Shown here: piece after piece, positions 27,987 to 37,911 of the stretch
Layout: every line of letters begins with the position of its first letter
How positions within the stretch are numbered: the first letter of the stretch is position 1
DNA from: an uncultured Bacilli bacterium
GTDB taxonomy: Bacteria > Bacillota_I > Bacilli_A > RF39 > UBA660
Direction: 5' to 3'
Assembly (NCBI GenBank): GCA_947626655.1
Contig: CANQTA010000003.1
Coordinates: forward strand, 1 to 55,366
Length of the DNA stretch: 55,366 nt
Notes under the pieces: generated by a model
The model's input: only the letters and a program-made list of their open reading frames with translations
Told to the model about the DNA's origin: nothing
Databases searched by the model: none
Made by a program: the position numbers and the translations under genes

Positions 27987-28838
27987 CTAAATAACTTTTT
28001 TATTATTAGGGTTTTCTAAACTCCTTAAATAATTACTAACATAATCAAGATAATAATCAGTATCAATAAGACCTTTTTTAAATAATTCATCTAACATGTA
28101 ATGATAGTTATATTCACCAATAAAGGGGATGATTACTTTTAAGGCTTCAGGATTAAAATCTTTTTTGGTCGCAAAATAAGCAATTAACTTATCAATATTA
28201 TCTATTTCTTCGACTACTAAATTATCAATGTTTTGTAATTCCTGGAATTCTTGATCGTTTAAGATATGCCAAGAGTTAACCATAGTTACTAACGAATTTA
28301 ATTGATTTTTATGATTATTAGCAATATATTTATTTATTCTTTGATATTGTTCTTTATGAGTGTTTAAATAATTTCTTATTTCTTGTTCAGAAGCTGATGA
28401 ACTTAATTCATTTAACTTTATGCAGGGACCTATTTTTAATTTACGACATAAATCTAAAAAGTTAGCGAACTGTTCTTTAGTAATAAAATAGCCGGCATAT
28501 TCAGTAATTTCTAAAGGTGTTTTGCCAAATGATGATTTAATTATTTCCATTAAAGTTATGTAATCATTTACGTTAGAATCATTGGCTTTTATTTTTGCTT
28601 CACATAAATTTAAAAGATCTAAATTCTTTTTAACTGTTTCATCTTCAGAACTTTTTAATAGTATAGAAAATGTTCTTTCAATATCTAATAAATCCCTTAA
28701 TTCACTAACATAATCTTTATATATATCATTATATAATAGATGGGTATAATTTTTGGGATTAGGATTTGTTTTTTGCATTTCTTGACTATTAGCAATTATT
28801 TCTGATATTCGATTAATAATATCACCGTATGTTTTCAT
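27987..28838 (-). CDS. Hypothetical protein (283 aa, soluble)
   Basis: Long ORF with SD AGAGG directly after ychF; no motif recognised. Confidence 0.75.
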   Translation of the reverse strand: MKTYGDIINRISEIIANSQEMQKTNPNPKNYTHLLYNDIYKDYVSELRDLLDIERTFSILLKSSEDETVKKNLDLLNLCEAKIKANDSNVNDYITLMEIIKSSFGKTPLEITEYAGYFITKEQFANFLDLCRKLKIGPCIKLNELSSSASEQEIRNYLNTHKEQYQRINKYIANNHKNQLNSLVTMVNSWHILNDQEFQELQNIDNLVVEEIDNIDKLIAYFATKKDFNPEALKVIIPFIGEYNYHYMLDELFKKGLIDTDYYLDYVSNYLRSLENPNNKKVI

Positions 28839-28849
28839 ATCTACCTCTT

Positions 28850-29959
28850 TTACACATTAAACCTAAAATAAACTATATCGCCATCTTGAACTTCATAATC
28901 TTTACCTTCTAAGCGAAGACGACCACATTCTTTGACACGCAGTTCACTACCAGCATTTTCTAAATCTGTGAAACTCATTACTTCTGCTTTAATAAATCCT
29001 TTTTCAAAATCACTATGAATAATACCAGCACAAGATGGAGCTTTCATACCTCTTTTAAATGTCCAAGCACGACATTCATCGGCACCAGCAGTAAAAAAGG
29101 TAGCTAGTCCTAACAAATCATAAGTAGCAAAAATTAGTTTATCTAAACCACTATTAGTAATACCTACTTCTTTTAAGAAATTGGCTCTTTCTTCATCTTG
29201 ATAATCTGCTAAATCACTTTCTAATTTTGCACACATAACAACAACACCAGCATTTTCTTTTTCAGCATATTCTTTCAATTTTAAAGAATAATCGTTATCT
29301 CCAATAGAAGCTGCTATTTCATCGACATTAGCTACATAAATTATTTTTTTAGCAGTTATAAAATTAAAATTTTTAATTAGTAGTAAGTCATCTTCAGTAA
29401 AATCTAAAAGTCTTATTGGAATACTTTTTTCTAAACTTTCTTTTATCTTTTTTAAAATATTAACTTCTTTAATTGCTTCTTTTTCTTTAGTTGTTTCAGC
29501 TTTCTTTTCAATTTTTCCTAATCTATTAGTAGCTATTTCTAAATCTGCTAAAATGAGTTCAGTATTAATAATTTCAACATCTCGAATTGGATCTGTCGCC
29601 CCTTCAACATGGGTTATATTGGCATCATCAAAACAACGCACAACTTCGACAATAGCATCAACTTCTCTAATATGAGATAGAAATTTATTACCTAAACCTT
29701 CACCTTCACTTGCCCCACTTACTAAACCAGCAATATCAATAAATTCAAAAGTGGTTGGAACGATACTTTTAGGATGATATAAATTAACTAAATAATCTAA
29801 CCTTGTATCAGGAACAGTGACGACACCAACATTTGGTTCGATGGTGGCAAAAGGATAATTAGCTGCTAAAATATGTTTTTTCGTTATAGCGTTGAAAAGA
29901 GTTGATTTACCAACATTAGGAAGGCCAACAATACCTGCTTGTAAACTCATAAACATCAC
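28850..29959 (-). CDS. ychF: Redox-regulated ATPase YchF
   Basis: GIVGLPNVGKSTLFN, ANYPFATIEPN, DIAGL, GEGLGNKFL, FRFNV. Confidence 0.98.
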   Translation of the reverse strand: MMFMSLQAGIVGLPNVGKSTLFNAITKKHILAANYPFATIEPNVGVVTVPDTRLDYLVNLYHPKSIVPTTFEFIDIAGLVSGASEGEGLGNKFLSHIREVDAIVEVVRCFDDANITHVEGATDPIRDVEIINTELILADLEIATNRLGKIEKKAETTKEKEAIKEVNILKKIKESLEKSIPIRLLDFTEDDLLLIKNFNFITAKKIIYVANVDEIAASIGDNDYSLKLKEYAEKENAGVVVMCAKLESDLADYQDEERANFLKEVGITNSGLDKLIFATYDLLGLATFFTAGADECRAWTFKRGMKAPSCAGIIHSDFEKGFIKAEVMSFTDLENAGSELRVKECGRLRLEGKDYEVQDGDIVYFRFNV

Positions 29960-29967
29960 CTCATCTT

Positions 29968-31509
29968 TTAATTTAACGTTGGGAAGGAATTAATTCCTAA
30001 TGGAAGACCAATAATATACCAAATAATAATTAAGATTAAAAGAGTTATACCAATAATTGTTGCATACGGAATTTGGTATTTTATTGATTCAAACAATTTA
30101 ACTTTTTGCGAACCTTGATTGTATTTTTCTAAAAAGGCTAAATAAACAATAAAATAGGCTAACATAGGGGTTAAATTCATCGTACTGGTTTCAGCAAAAC
30201 GGAAAATAATTTGGGCAAATTGTGGAGTCATCTCAGATTCCATCACTACAGGAATAATTGATGCTGATAAGATAGACCATTTTAGACTACTTGATGGCAC
30301 AAAAATAGTACTTATAGCAACACCAATAAAAATTAAAACTATTAACGGTAAACCAGTAAAATTACTACTTGCGATGATATTGCCAATCCATGCTACAAAA
30401 ACATTACCAATGTTAGTTTGATTAAAAATGCTGATAAATAATGAAGCTAAGAAAATCATGACTAACATATTACCAATGCCATCTAAAGAGTGACCTAGAT
30501 TATCGCAGAAATCACGATGATTTTTTATACTTTTTACACCAATCCCATAAAATAAACCTAATATTATAAATAACATTGTTACAATAAAGACAAAGCCATT
30601 ACTAAAAAAGGAATTAACACTAAACAATTTATCAATATAATAAGTTTGACTGTTATCTAGGAGAGCACCACTTAATGGAAGGCCAGGAATAATACTGTAA
30701 ATTAATATTAGTAGATATACTAGGGCACTGCTACAAGCTAAGACCATCCCTTTTTGTTCATCTTTGGTAACTATATCTTCTTCTAACTCGGTTTCCGTAA
30801 ATTCATATTTAGGTAATTTCTTTACAATAATATTTTCGGTAACAATTGTTATGATATATGAAACTAATAAAACTGCTACAGTTGTAATTAATAAAAATCC
30901 TAAGTTAGAAATATTATATGCAGAATCAACTGTATGAGTAGCAAGTAAAGTATAATTTAACAGTGTAGAATCAGTACTGGTAAAAATCATATTAATACCA
31001 CTACCAAGTGATAAAGCTGCAAAAGAAGCAATAATTCCTATCGCTGGATTTCGTTTACCATAATAAAATAATAAAGCACCAAGAGGTAAAAATATTAAAT
31101 ATGATAAATCACCAAAAACACTGGATAATACACATAATAATACAAAAATAAAAGTTACAGTTTTCTTTTTTAATTTTTTAGTTGTTAAGGTAATAGCAGT
31201 TTGTAAAAAGCCACTTTTGTCTAAAATACTAATCCCCATTAATAAAATTATTAAATTAGATAAAACAGTAAAATTAGCAAAATTACTAACTGTATTAGTA
31301 AATATATATTTAACACCACTTAAACTAAAAAATGATGTAATAACTTCAGTTACGGGATTTAAATCCATAGTAACGTTGTTAACAGTATAATAAGTACTTT
31401 GGGCATCAATTACATGTAAAAAGCCACTTATAACTATTACAACAAAAGTTAATAAAACGTATGACATTAAGGGATGAAGTTGTTTTCTAATTTTCTTCCT
31501 TTTCGCCAT
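29968..31509 (-). CDS. AbgT-family transporter
   Basis: HP..., F.N.V.NF.NF..L, RNP..G....FA, S.S.KW, TP...YF; polytopic membrane protein. Confidence 0.8.
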   Translation of the reverse strand: MAKRKKIRKQLHPLMSYVLLTFVVIVISGFLHVIDAQSTYYTVNNVTMDLNPVTEVITSFFSLSGVKYIFTNTVSNFANFTVLSNLIILLMGISILDKSGFLQTAITLTTKKLKKKTVTFIFVLLCVLSSVFGDLSYLIFLPLGALLFYYGKRNPAIGIIASFAALSLGSGINMIFTSTDSTLLNYTLLATHTVDSAYNISNLGFLLITTVAVLLVSYIITIVTENIIVKKLPKYEFTETELEEDIVTKDEQKGMVLACSSALVYLLILIYSIIPGLPLSGALLDNSQTYYIDKLFSVNSFFSNGFVFIVTMLFIILGLFYGIGVKSIKNHRDFCDNLGHSLDGIGNMLVMIFLASLFISIFNQTNIGNVFVAWIGNIIASSNFTGLPLIVLIFIGVAISTIFVPSSSLKWSILSASIIPVVMESEMTPQFAQIIFRFAETSTMNLTPMLAYFIVYLAFLEKYNQGSQKVKLFESIKYQIPYATIIGITLLILIIIWYIIGLPLGINSFPTLN

Positions 31510-31690
31510 TTTTTATCACCTTCTTTAATTTTTTTTGAAATTCTAATCTATCCATCATAATTTCTCTCCCACAAGCTTGGCATTTTAGTTTTATGTCAAC
31601 TCCAACTCGGGTAATAAGCCAATTATTGCTACCACAAGCATGAGATTTTTTCATAATAACCAAATCATTTAAATTAAATGTTTTATCCAT
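31487..31690 (-). CDS. DUF951 family protein
   Basis: MKKSHACGSN.W.I.RVG.DIKLKC..CGR. Confidence 0.92.
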   Translation of the reverse strand: MDKTFNLNDLVIMKKSHACGSNNWLITRVGVDIKLKCQACGREIMMDRLEFQKKLKKVIKNGEKEEN

Positions 31691-31693
31691 TAC

Positions 31694-32581
31694 TTAATCT
31701 TCCTCAACTATAATATTTAAAATTTCCATAATTCGTTCTAAATCTTTTAAAGAATCAAAATTAATTTCAATTTTATTTTTATGTATTTTCACTTTATTAC
31801 CTAATTTATCACTTATTATACTTTCATAGATATGATATTTAGGATTGACTTCTTTATTAGTTACTATTGGTTTTCTTTTAACTATTTCAGTATTATTAAC
31901 TAATTGTTCAATATCACGAACATTAAGCTTTTCTTTTACTATTTTAGTTGCCAATTCTTCTATTTGATCATTATCTTCTAATTTACTAAGCACCCGAGCA
32001 TGAGATGCAGATAATTCTTTATTAATAACCATATCTTGAATATTATTAGGTAATTTCAAAAGCCCTAAAAGATTAGTAATATAACTTCTACTTTTACCAA
32101 ATTTTTGAGCAAATTCTTCTTGAGTAAAACCTCTTAAATTAATAATATTTAAAACACTTTTGGCTTCTTCAATAGGATTTAAATCTTCTCGTTGGATATT
32201 TTCTATTAAAGCAATTTCCATCATTTCTTGATCAGAAAAATCTTTTATAATAGCAGGTACTTCAGTTAATCCAGCCATTCGTGATGCCCGACATCTTCTC
32301 TCACCAGCTACTAGTTCATAACCTTTGATACTTTTTTTAACAATAACTGGTTGAACAACGCCATATTCTTTAATAGATTGAGCTAATTCTTGTAAAGTTT
32401 CTTCTTTAAAAGTTTTACGGGGTTGGTAAGGATTACTCCTAATTTCTGATAATTTAATCATTACGACATCATTTTTATTTTCTGTAACAATTTCTTTTTC
32501 AAAATTATCAAAATCAATTACATTATTTGTAAATAATTGTTCTAAACCTCTACCTAAAGCTTTTTTCTTAGTTTCCATCAC
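31694..32581 (-). CDS. parB: Chromosome partitioning protein ParB/Spo0J
   Basis: ALGRGL, NPYQPRK.F, AGERR.RA, ALIENIQREDLNPIEEA. Confidence 0.97.
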   Translation of the reverse strand: MMETKKKALGRGLEQLFTNNVIDFDNFEKEIVTENKNDVVMIKLSEIRSNPYQPRKTFKEETLQELAQSIKEYGVVQPVIVKKSIKGYELVAGERRCRASRMAGLTEVPAIIKDFSDQEMMEIALIENIQREDLNPIEEAKSVLNIINLRGFTQEEFAQKFGKSRSYITNLLGLLKLPNNIQDMVINKELSASHARVLSKLEDNDQIEELATKIVKEKLNVRDIEQLVNNTEIVKRKPIVTNKEVNPKYHIYESIISDKLGNKVKIHKNKIEINFDSLKDLERIMEILNIIVEED

Positions 32582-33353
32582 GACTAATCACTTCCTTTGC
32601 TAAATTACGATAAGCCTCTGTAGCTCTACTAGTAGGATCATATTCGTTAATTGGTTTTCCATGAGAGGGAGCTTCAACTAATCTGACTAATCTTGGAATA
32701 ATAGTATTAAAAACTTTATCTTTAAAGTATTTACGAATTTCTTCAATGACTTCTAAACCAATATTAGTACGACCATCAAGCATGGTAAGTAGAACTCCTT
32801 CAATACGAAGACTAGGATTCATACCTGATTGAACCATAATAATAGTATTTAATAATTGGGTAATCCCATCAAGTGCGAAAAATTCACATTGAACAGGTAT
32901 TATTACAGAATCACTAGCAACTAAAGCATTCATGGTGCCCAGTTCTAATGATGGTTGACAATCAATTATAATATAATCAAAGATATGCCTTACTTCATTA
33001 ATAGCATTCTTTAATTGTTCATTTTGTTTAAAATTTTGATCAGCCAACATTTTCCGAATAAATTCAACACCAACTCCAGCCAAATTTAGGGAAGCCGGAA
33101 TAATAGCTAAATTTTCAAATTTCGTTTTTTTGATGGCATCGCCAATTTTACATTTACCAGTAATAACATCATATATATCGTGATCAAAATCATTAGAATT
33201 ATATCCAAGACCCGTTGTAGCATTACTTTGCGGATCTAAATCGATTAATAATACAGTCTTTCCTTCTTTTCCTAACGCTGCTGCTAAATTAATACTTGTT
33301 GTCGTTTTACCAACCCCACCTTTTTGATTAACTAATGAAATAACTTTAGCCAT
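32568..33353 (-). CDS. parA: ParA/Soj ATPase
   Basis: NQKGGVGKTT, DLDPQ.NAT, PVQCEF.AL.G, L.EAPSHG. Confidence 0.97.
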   Translation of the reverse strand: MAKVISLVNQKGGVGKTTTSINLAAALGKEGKTVLLIDLDPQSNATTGLGYNSNDFDHDIYDVITGKCKIGDAIKKTKFENLAIIPASLNLAGVGVEFIRKMLADQNFKQNEQLKNAINEVRHIFDYIIIDCQPSLELGTMNALVASDSVIIPVQCEFFALDGITQLLNTIIMVQSGMNPSLRIEGVLLTMLDGRTNIGLEVIEEIRKYFKDKVFNTIIPRLVRLVEAPSHGKPINEYDPTSRATEAYRNLAKEVISRDGN

Positions 33354-33449
33354 AACACACCTCTTAAACTTTTATATTTCCACGTAATAATATTTTAACA
33401 TATATTATTAATTTGGGGTAGAAAAAGATGTGAATTTTCTATCTTTATT

Positions 33450-33971
33450 TTAGCAGATAGGATTATTATCTTTAACATATTCATAATTAACTTTTGTTTT
33501 GGTTGTTTTTTCAATAGGAACTAAATATAAGAAATACTTTTTAGAACATTCGCCACAACTGGCATTATAACCTATAACAATACTAATACTGTTATTAATT
33601 TCAACATCTTTAATCCCATTAATTTTACCTTGACAAGTAGAGTCTTCAGCTAAAACAATGACATAATAATTATTGGTAAAATCTGCTTCTTTTAATTTAT
33701 TTTTTAAATTATAATTATTAATAAATTCTTCATATTCATTATAGTTTCTTAAAATACTTTTATCATATTTTTCTAACATATTATCAACAATAATCATGGT
33801 ACTATTCATTTCACCATAATAAAGAGTATCTAAATATTCAATAGGTTTACGATTTTTGATGATATAAGCTATACCAATCCCAATAGCTATTATAAAAACT
33901 GCAAATAAAATACATAAAACTAGTTTTAAACTTATTTTTTTATTATTTTTTTCTTCAGTTTCTTCAATCAT
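33450..33971 (-). CDS. Hypothetical membrane-anchored protein
   Basis: N-terminal TM followed by a Cys-containing extracellular domain. Confidence 0.7.
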   Translation of the reverse strand: MIEETEEKNNKKISLKLVLCILFAVFIIAIGIGIAYIIKNRKPIEYLDTLYYGEMNSTMIIVDNMLEKYDKSILRNYNEYEEFINNYNLKNKLKEADFTNNYYVIVLAEDSTCQGKINGIKDVEINNSISIVIGYNASCGECSKKYFLYLVPIEKTTKTKVNYEYVKDNNPIC

Positions 33972-34043
33972 TTTTTCACCCTTATCCTTATAGCAATTTT
34001 AACATAATATTATAAAAAAAGAAATGATATTTAAACCATTTCC

Positions 34044-34385
34044 TTAAATTAATTCGATTCTAACTTCTAAAGCATCATCGCCACGACGTTCTTTAAGTTT
34101 AATAATCTTAGTATAGCCGCCATTACGATTTTCATATCTTTTAGCTAAATCATCAAATACTTTTTTAACTACTTCTTTATCATTATGTAAGAATGCTAAA
34201 GCTTTACGACGAGATACTAAAGTACCACGTTTACCATAAGTAATCATTTTATCAACAAATTTTCTTACTTCTTTAGCTCTTGCTTCAGTAGTTACAACAC
34301 TTTCATACATTATAACATCTTTTGTTAGTCCTGCTAAAATGCTTCTTCTAATTCTTGTTTCTCTACCTAATTTTCTATATGCCAT
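34044..34385 (-). CDS. rplQ: 50S ribosomal protein L17
   Basis: YRKLGR, TT.ARAKE, RNGGYT, RRGD.A. Confidence 0.99.
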   Translation of the reverse strand: MAYRKLGRETRIRRSILAGLTKDVIMYESVVTTEARAKEVRKFVDKMITYGKRGTLVSRRKALAFLHNDKEVVKKVFDDLAKRYENRNGGYTKIIKLKERRGDDALEVRIELI

Positions 34386-34391
34386 AATCCA

Positions 34392-35339
34392 TTACTCCTT
34401 AAATGTTAAGCCTAAGTCAGCAACCTTATCAAGAACTTCTTTAAGACTTTTCTTGCCTAAGTTTCTAATCTTAGTAACTTCTATTTCTCTTTTATCTACT
34501 AAATCTTGAACAGTATGAATACCTGCTCTTTTTAAACAATTATATGCACGAACACTAAATTCAACTTCTTCAATTGGGGTTTCTAGTGTTTTAGTAATTG
34601 TATCAACTTTCTTCTCTTGCATTAATCCTGAGAAATCACTAATAGCATTTAAATCAGTAATAATATTGAAATGTTCTACTAATATTTTAGCTGCTAGAGC
34701 TAAAGCTTCTTCAGGAGTCATACTACCATTAGTTGTTACTTCCATAATTAATTTATCATAATTTTCATTTTGACCAACACGAGTATCAACTACTTCGTAT
34801 TTAACAAGTTCAATTGGTGAATATGATGAGTCAATAGCTATTGTGCCAACTTTAGCATCTTCTAAACGTTTTTTATTTTCTTTAGCATCAACGTAACCAC
34901 GACCATTTTCAACAGTCATTTCGATGTCAATTTTTCCGCCTTCAACTAAATTACAAATAACTAAATCTTCATTAATAATTTCAACATCAGCATTTTTTTC
35001 AATCATACTAGCTGTTACTGGACCTTCACTATTTGCATAAAGTCTAATTACTTTTGGTTCATTAGTATGATTTTTAACTACTAACTTTTTAATTGCTAAA
35101 ACAATACTTGTAACGTCTTCTACTACACCTTCAATTTTTTGAAATTCATGTAGAACCCCATCAATTTTGATGCTAGTAACTGCACTACCTGGTAAGCTTG
35201 ATAATAAGACTCTTCTTAAAGCATTACCAATAGTGGTACCAAATCCTCTTTCTAGGGGATCTAGTTCAAATTTTCCAAAATGATTATTTTCTTGATATTC
35301 AGTAATTTTGTATTCTGGTTTTTCAAATTTTATCATCAT
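34392..35339 (-). CDS. rpoA: RNA polymerase alpha subunit
   Basis: PLERGFGTT.GNALRRVLLSS, SVRAYNCLKRAGI. Confidence 0.99.
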   Translation of the reverse strand: MMIKFEKPEYKITEYQENNHFGKFELDPLERGFGTTIGNALRRVLLSSLPGSAVTSIKIDGVLHEFQKIEGVVEDVTSIVLAIKKLVVKNHTNEPKVIRLYANSEGPVTASMIEKNADVEIINEDLVICNLVEGGKIDIEMTVENGRGYVDAKENKKRLEDAKVGTIAIDSSYSPIELVKYEVVDTRVGQNENYDKLIMEVTTNGSMTPEEALALAAKILVEHFNIITDLNAISDFSGLMQEKKVDTITKTLETPIEEVEFSVRAYNCLKRAGIHTVQDLVDKREIEVTKIRNLGKKSLKEVLDKVADLGLTFKE

Positions 35340-35359
35340 ACAATATTCCTTTCTTTACT

Positions 35360-35743
35360 TTAATTTCTTGGTCTTTTAGGTGGACGACAACCATTATGTG
35401 GTACTGGTGTTTCATCAATAATACTTGTAACTTCTAAACCAGCACTTTGTAAAGATCTAATTGCATTTTCTCTTCCTGGACCAAGACCTTTAACGTAAAC
35501 TTCAACTTTTTTAACACCTTGTTCAATAGCAGCTTGGGCTGCAGCTTCAGCAGTTAATCCAGCAGCATATGGCGTTTTCTTTTTACTTCCTAAGTATCCA
35601 ATACGACCTGCACTTGACCAACTTATAGCATTACCATCTTTATCAGAAATTGTAACAATAGTATTGTTATATGTTGAATGGATATGTGCTACTGCTTCAG
35701 GGACATTCTTCTTAACTTTTCTTTTTCTTCTATTATATGCCAT
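35360..35743 (-). CDS. rpsK: 30S ribosomal protein S11
   Basis: [24 protein letters not shown]. Confidence 0.99.
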   Translation of the reverse strand: MAYNRRKRKVKKNVPEAVAHIHSTYNNTIVTISDKDGNAISWSSAGRIGYLGSKKKTPYAAGLTAEAAAQAAIEQGVKKVEVYVKGLGPGRENAIRSLQSAGLEVTSIIDETPVPHNGCRPPKRPRN

Positions 35744-35753
35744 TACTTACAAC

Positions 35754-36128
35754 CTACTTTCCAACCTTTTTCTTATTAGCTACAACTTTACCTTTACCTT
35801 TACGAGTTTTCGCATTTCTACTAGTTCTTTGTCCTCTTACAGGTAGGCCTTTTTTGTGTCTAATACCTTCATAACAGTTAATTTCCATTTTGTTTTTAAT
35901 ATTCATTTGAACATCACGACGTAAGTCACCTTCAACAACATATTTGTCAACTTCCTTACGTAAACGAGTAATTTCATCTTCTGTTAAATCTTTAATTTTT
36001 TTGGTTTCTTCAACACCTGCGTCTTTACAAATTGTTTTTGCTAAAGGACGACCAATACCATAAATGGCAGTTAGTCCAATACAAGTGTGTTTTTCATTTG
36101 GTAAATCAATATTTTTAATTCTTGCCAT
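35754..36128 (-). CDS. rpsM: 30S ribosomal protein S13
   Basis: [26 protein letters not shown]. Confidence 0.99.
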   Translation of the reverse strand: MARIKNIDLPNEKHTCIGLTAIYGIGRPLAKTICKDAGVEETKKIKDLTEDEITRLRKEVDKYVVEGDLRRDVQMNIKNKMEINCYEGIRHKKGLPVRGQRTSRNAKTRKGKGKVVANKKKVGK

Positions 36129-36139
36129 ATAAATCCTCC

Positions 36140-36253
36140 TTAACCTTGAACTTGCTTATGTTTTGGATTATCACAGATAACCATAACTTTGCCTTTTCTT
36201 CTTATTATCTTACATTTTTTGCATATTTTTTTGACTGATGGTCTAACTTTCAT
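36140..36253 (-). CDS. rpmJ: 50S ribosomal protein L36 (not in the ORF track)
   Basis: Manual translation: [37 protein letters not shown]. Confidence 0.98.
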   Translation of the reverse strand: MKVRPSVKKICKKCKIIRRKGKVMVICDNPKHKQVQG

Positions 36254-36263
36254 AAATACTCTC

Positions 36264-36524
36264 CTATCTTTTATTCCATGTTATTATCCCACGTGTTAAA
36301 TCATAAGGCGTTAATTGTACTGTAACGGTATCACCTGGTAGAATACGTATCATATTAATGCGCATTTTACCAGAAACGTAGGCTTTTACAGTATGGCCAT
36401 TAGCTAATTCAACTAGGTAATCAGAACCTTTTAAAACTTCAATGACCTTGCCTTCTACTTCTATTTTATCATTCTTTTTCGATTCAGCTTGTACTTTTTG
36501 TTTTTGCTTTTTGGAATCTGCCAA
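36264..36524 (-). CDS. infA: Translation initiation factor IF-1 (TTG start, N-terminal extension)
   Basis: IEVEG.V.E, SGKMR...IRILPGD.V.V...PYDLTRG.I. Confidence 0.96.
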   Translation of the reverse strand: MADSKKQKQKVQAESKKNDKIEVEGKVIEVLKGSDYLVELANGHTVKAYVSGKMRINMIRILPGDTVTVQLTPYDLTRGIITWNKR

Positions 36525-36530
36525 TTTTTA

Positions 36531-37274
36531 TCACTCTCCTGTTAATATAACATATCCATCTTTTGTAACTAATACAGTGTGTTCAAAATGGGCACTAGGA
36601 AGTCCATCTTCCGTTTTAATTGTCCATTCATCTTCGCATTCGTAAATATCTTCACTACCCAAATTAAGCATTGGTTCAACGGCAATAACCATGCCACTTT
36701 TTAAAATAGTATGATCTTTTGTATAGTAATTAGGAACATCGGGATCTTCATGAACAGAAGTTCCTACCCCATGACCAACAAGTTCTCTTACTACACCTAA
36801 ATTATGTTCAATTGCATAATCTTCAATTTTTTTACCAATGGCACTCAATTTGACGCCATCTTTAATAACACTCAAACCTTCATATAAACTTTTTTTAGTA
36901 TTTTCAACTAAATCTTCTATTTCTTTGGTGGTATTACCAACGATGTAAGTATTTGCTGAGTCAGAATGATAACCTTTATATTCAACGCCAATGTCAATAG
37001 ATACAACATCACCATTTTTAATTTTTCTCTTAGAAGGGATGCCATGTACTACTTCATCATTAACGGATATACAGATACTTGCTGGGTAACCATTATATTT
37101 AAGAAAAGATGGTTTACAATCATGAGCTAAAATAAATTTATGAGCGATATCATTTAAAGCTTTAGTAGTAATACCTGGCTTTAAATTTTTTAAAACCTCT
37201 AAATGAGTTAAATAATTGATATGCCCAGCATGTTTCATTAATTCAATTTCTCTATCACTTTTTATACTAATCAT
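36531..37274 (-). CDS. map: Methionine aminopeptidase type I
   Basis: CISVNDEVVHGIP, GHGVG, HEDP, EPM, SAHFEHT. Confidence 0.98.
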   Translation of the reverse strand: MISIKSDREIELMKHAGHINYLTHLEVLKNLKPGITTKALNDIAHKFILAHDCKPSFLKYNGYPASICISVNDEVVHGIPSKRKIKNGDVVSIDIGVEYKGYHSDSANTYIVGNTTKEIEDLVENTKKSLYEGLSVIKDGVKLSAIGKKIEDYAIEHNLGVVRELVGHGVGTSVHEDPDVPNYYTKDHTILKSGMVIAVEPMLNLGSEDIYECEDEWTIKTEDGLPSAHFEHTVLVTKDGYVILTGE

Positions 37275-37911
37275 TTTTCAAAATTTCCTTAATTTCTTCT
37301 GTAATTTTTTCACTACTATTTTCACTATTTATAGTATGTAATTTACCAATACTTTGGTAAAATTCTTTAATTGGTTCATTATTTTTAATAAAGTTTTCAA
37401 AACGAACTTTGAAAGATTCTTCATTGTCATCACTTCTTTTTTGAAGCGGTTTACCACAATTATCACAAATACCATCTTGTTTTGGTTTTAGATTTTCGTA
37501 GTATATATTATATGATGAACCACAAGAACAAGTAAGTCGGCCAAGAGCTCTTTTTAATGCTTCCTCTAAAGATATTTCTAAATAAATAACTACATAATCA
37601 TTAATATTTAATTTATTAAACAAATCATTTAATAGATTGACTTGATTAATTGTCCGAGGATAACCATCTAAGATAAAAGGCTTATTTAAATTGGTAAGTT
37701 TTTTAGTAATTAAATTACCAACAATTTCATCACTAACAAGACCTCCATGAGTCATAATATCTTGAATTTGTAATCCTAATGTTGTTTTTTTAGCTATTTC
37801 TTCTCTCAACATATCGCCAGTAGAAATATGAACATAACCTAAAGATTCTAACATTGCACTTTGAGTACCCTTACCAGCAGCGGGAGGAGCAATAAAAATC
37901 ACACTTTTCAT
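37267..37911 (-). CDS. adk: Adenylate kinase
   Basis: APPAAGKGTQ, HISTGDMLR, ILDGYPRT, R.DD. Confidence 0.98.
   Translation of the reverse strand: MKSVIFIAPPAAGKGTQSAMLESLGYVHISTGDMLREEIAKKTTLGLQIQDIMTHGGLVSDEIVGNLITKKLTNLNKPFILDGYPRTINQVNLLNDLFNKLNINDYVVIYLEISLEEALKRALGRLTCSCGSSYNIYYENLKPKQDGICDNCGKPLQKRSDDNEESFKVRFENFIKNNEPIKEFYQSIGKLHTINSENSSEKITEEIKEILKND

Noticed and set aside
33375-33392. parS-like TTTCCACGTAA upstream of parA
   Set aside because: Only the core matches TGTTNCACGTGAAACA; the flanks are not palindromic.
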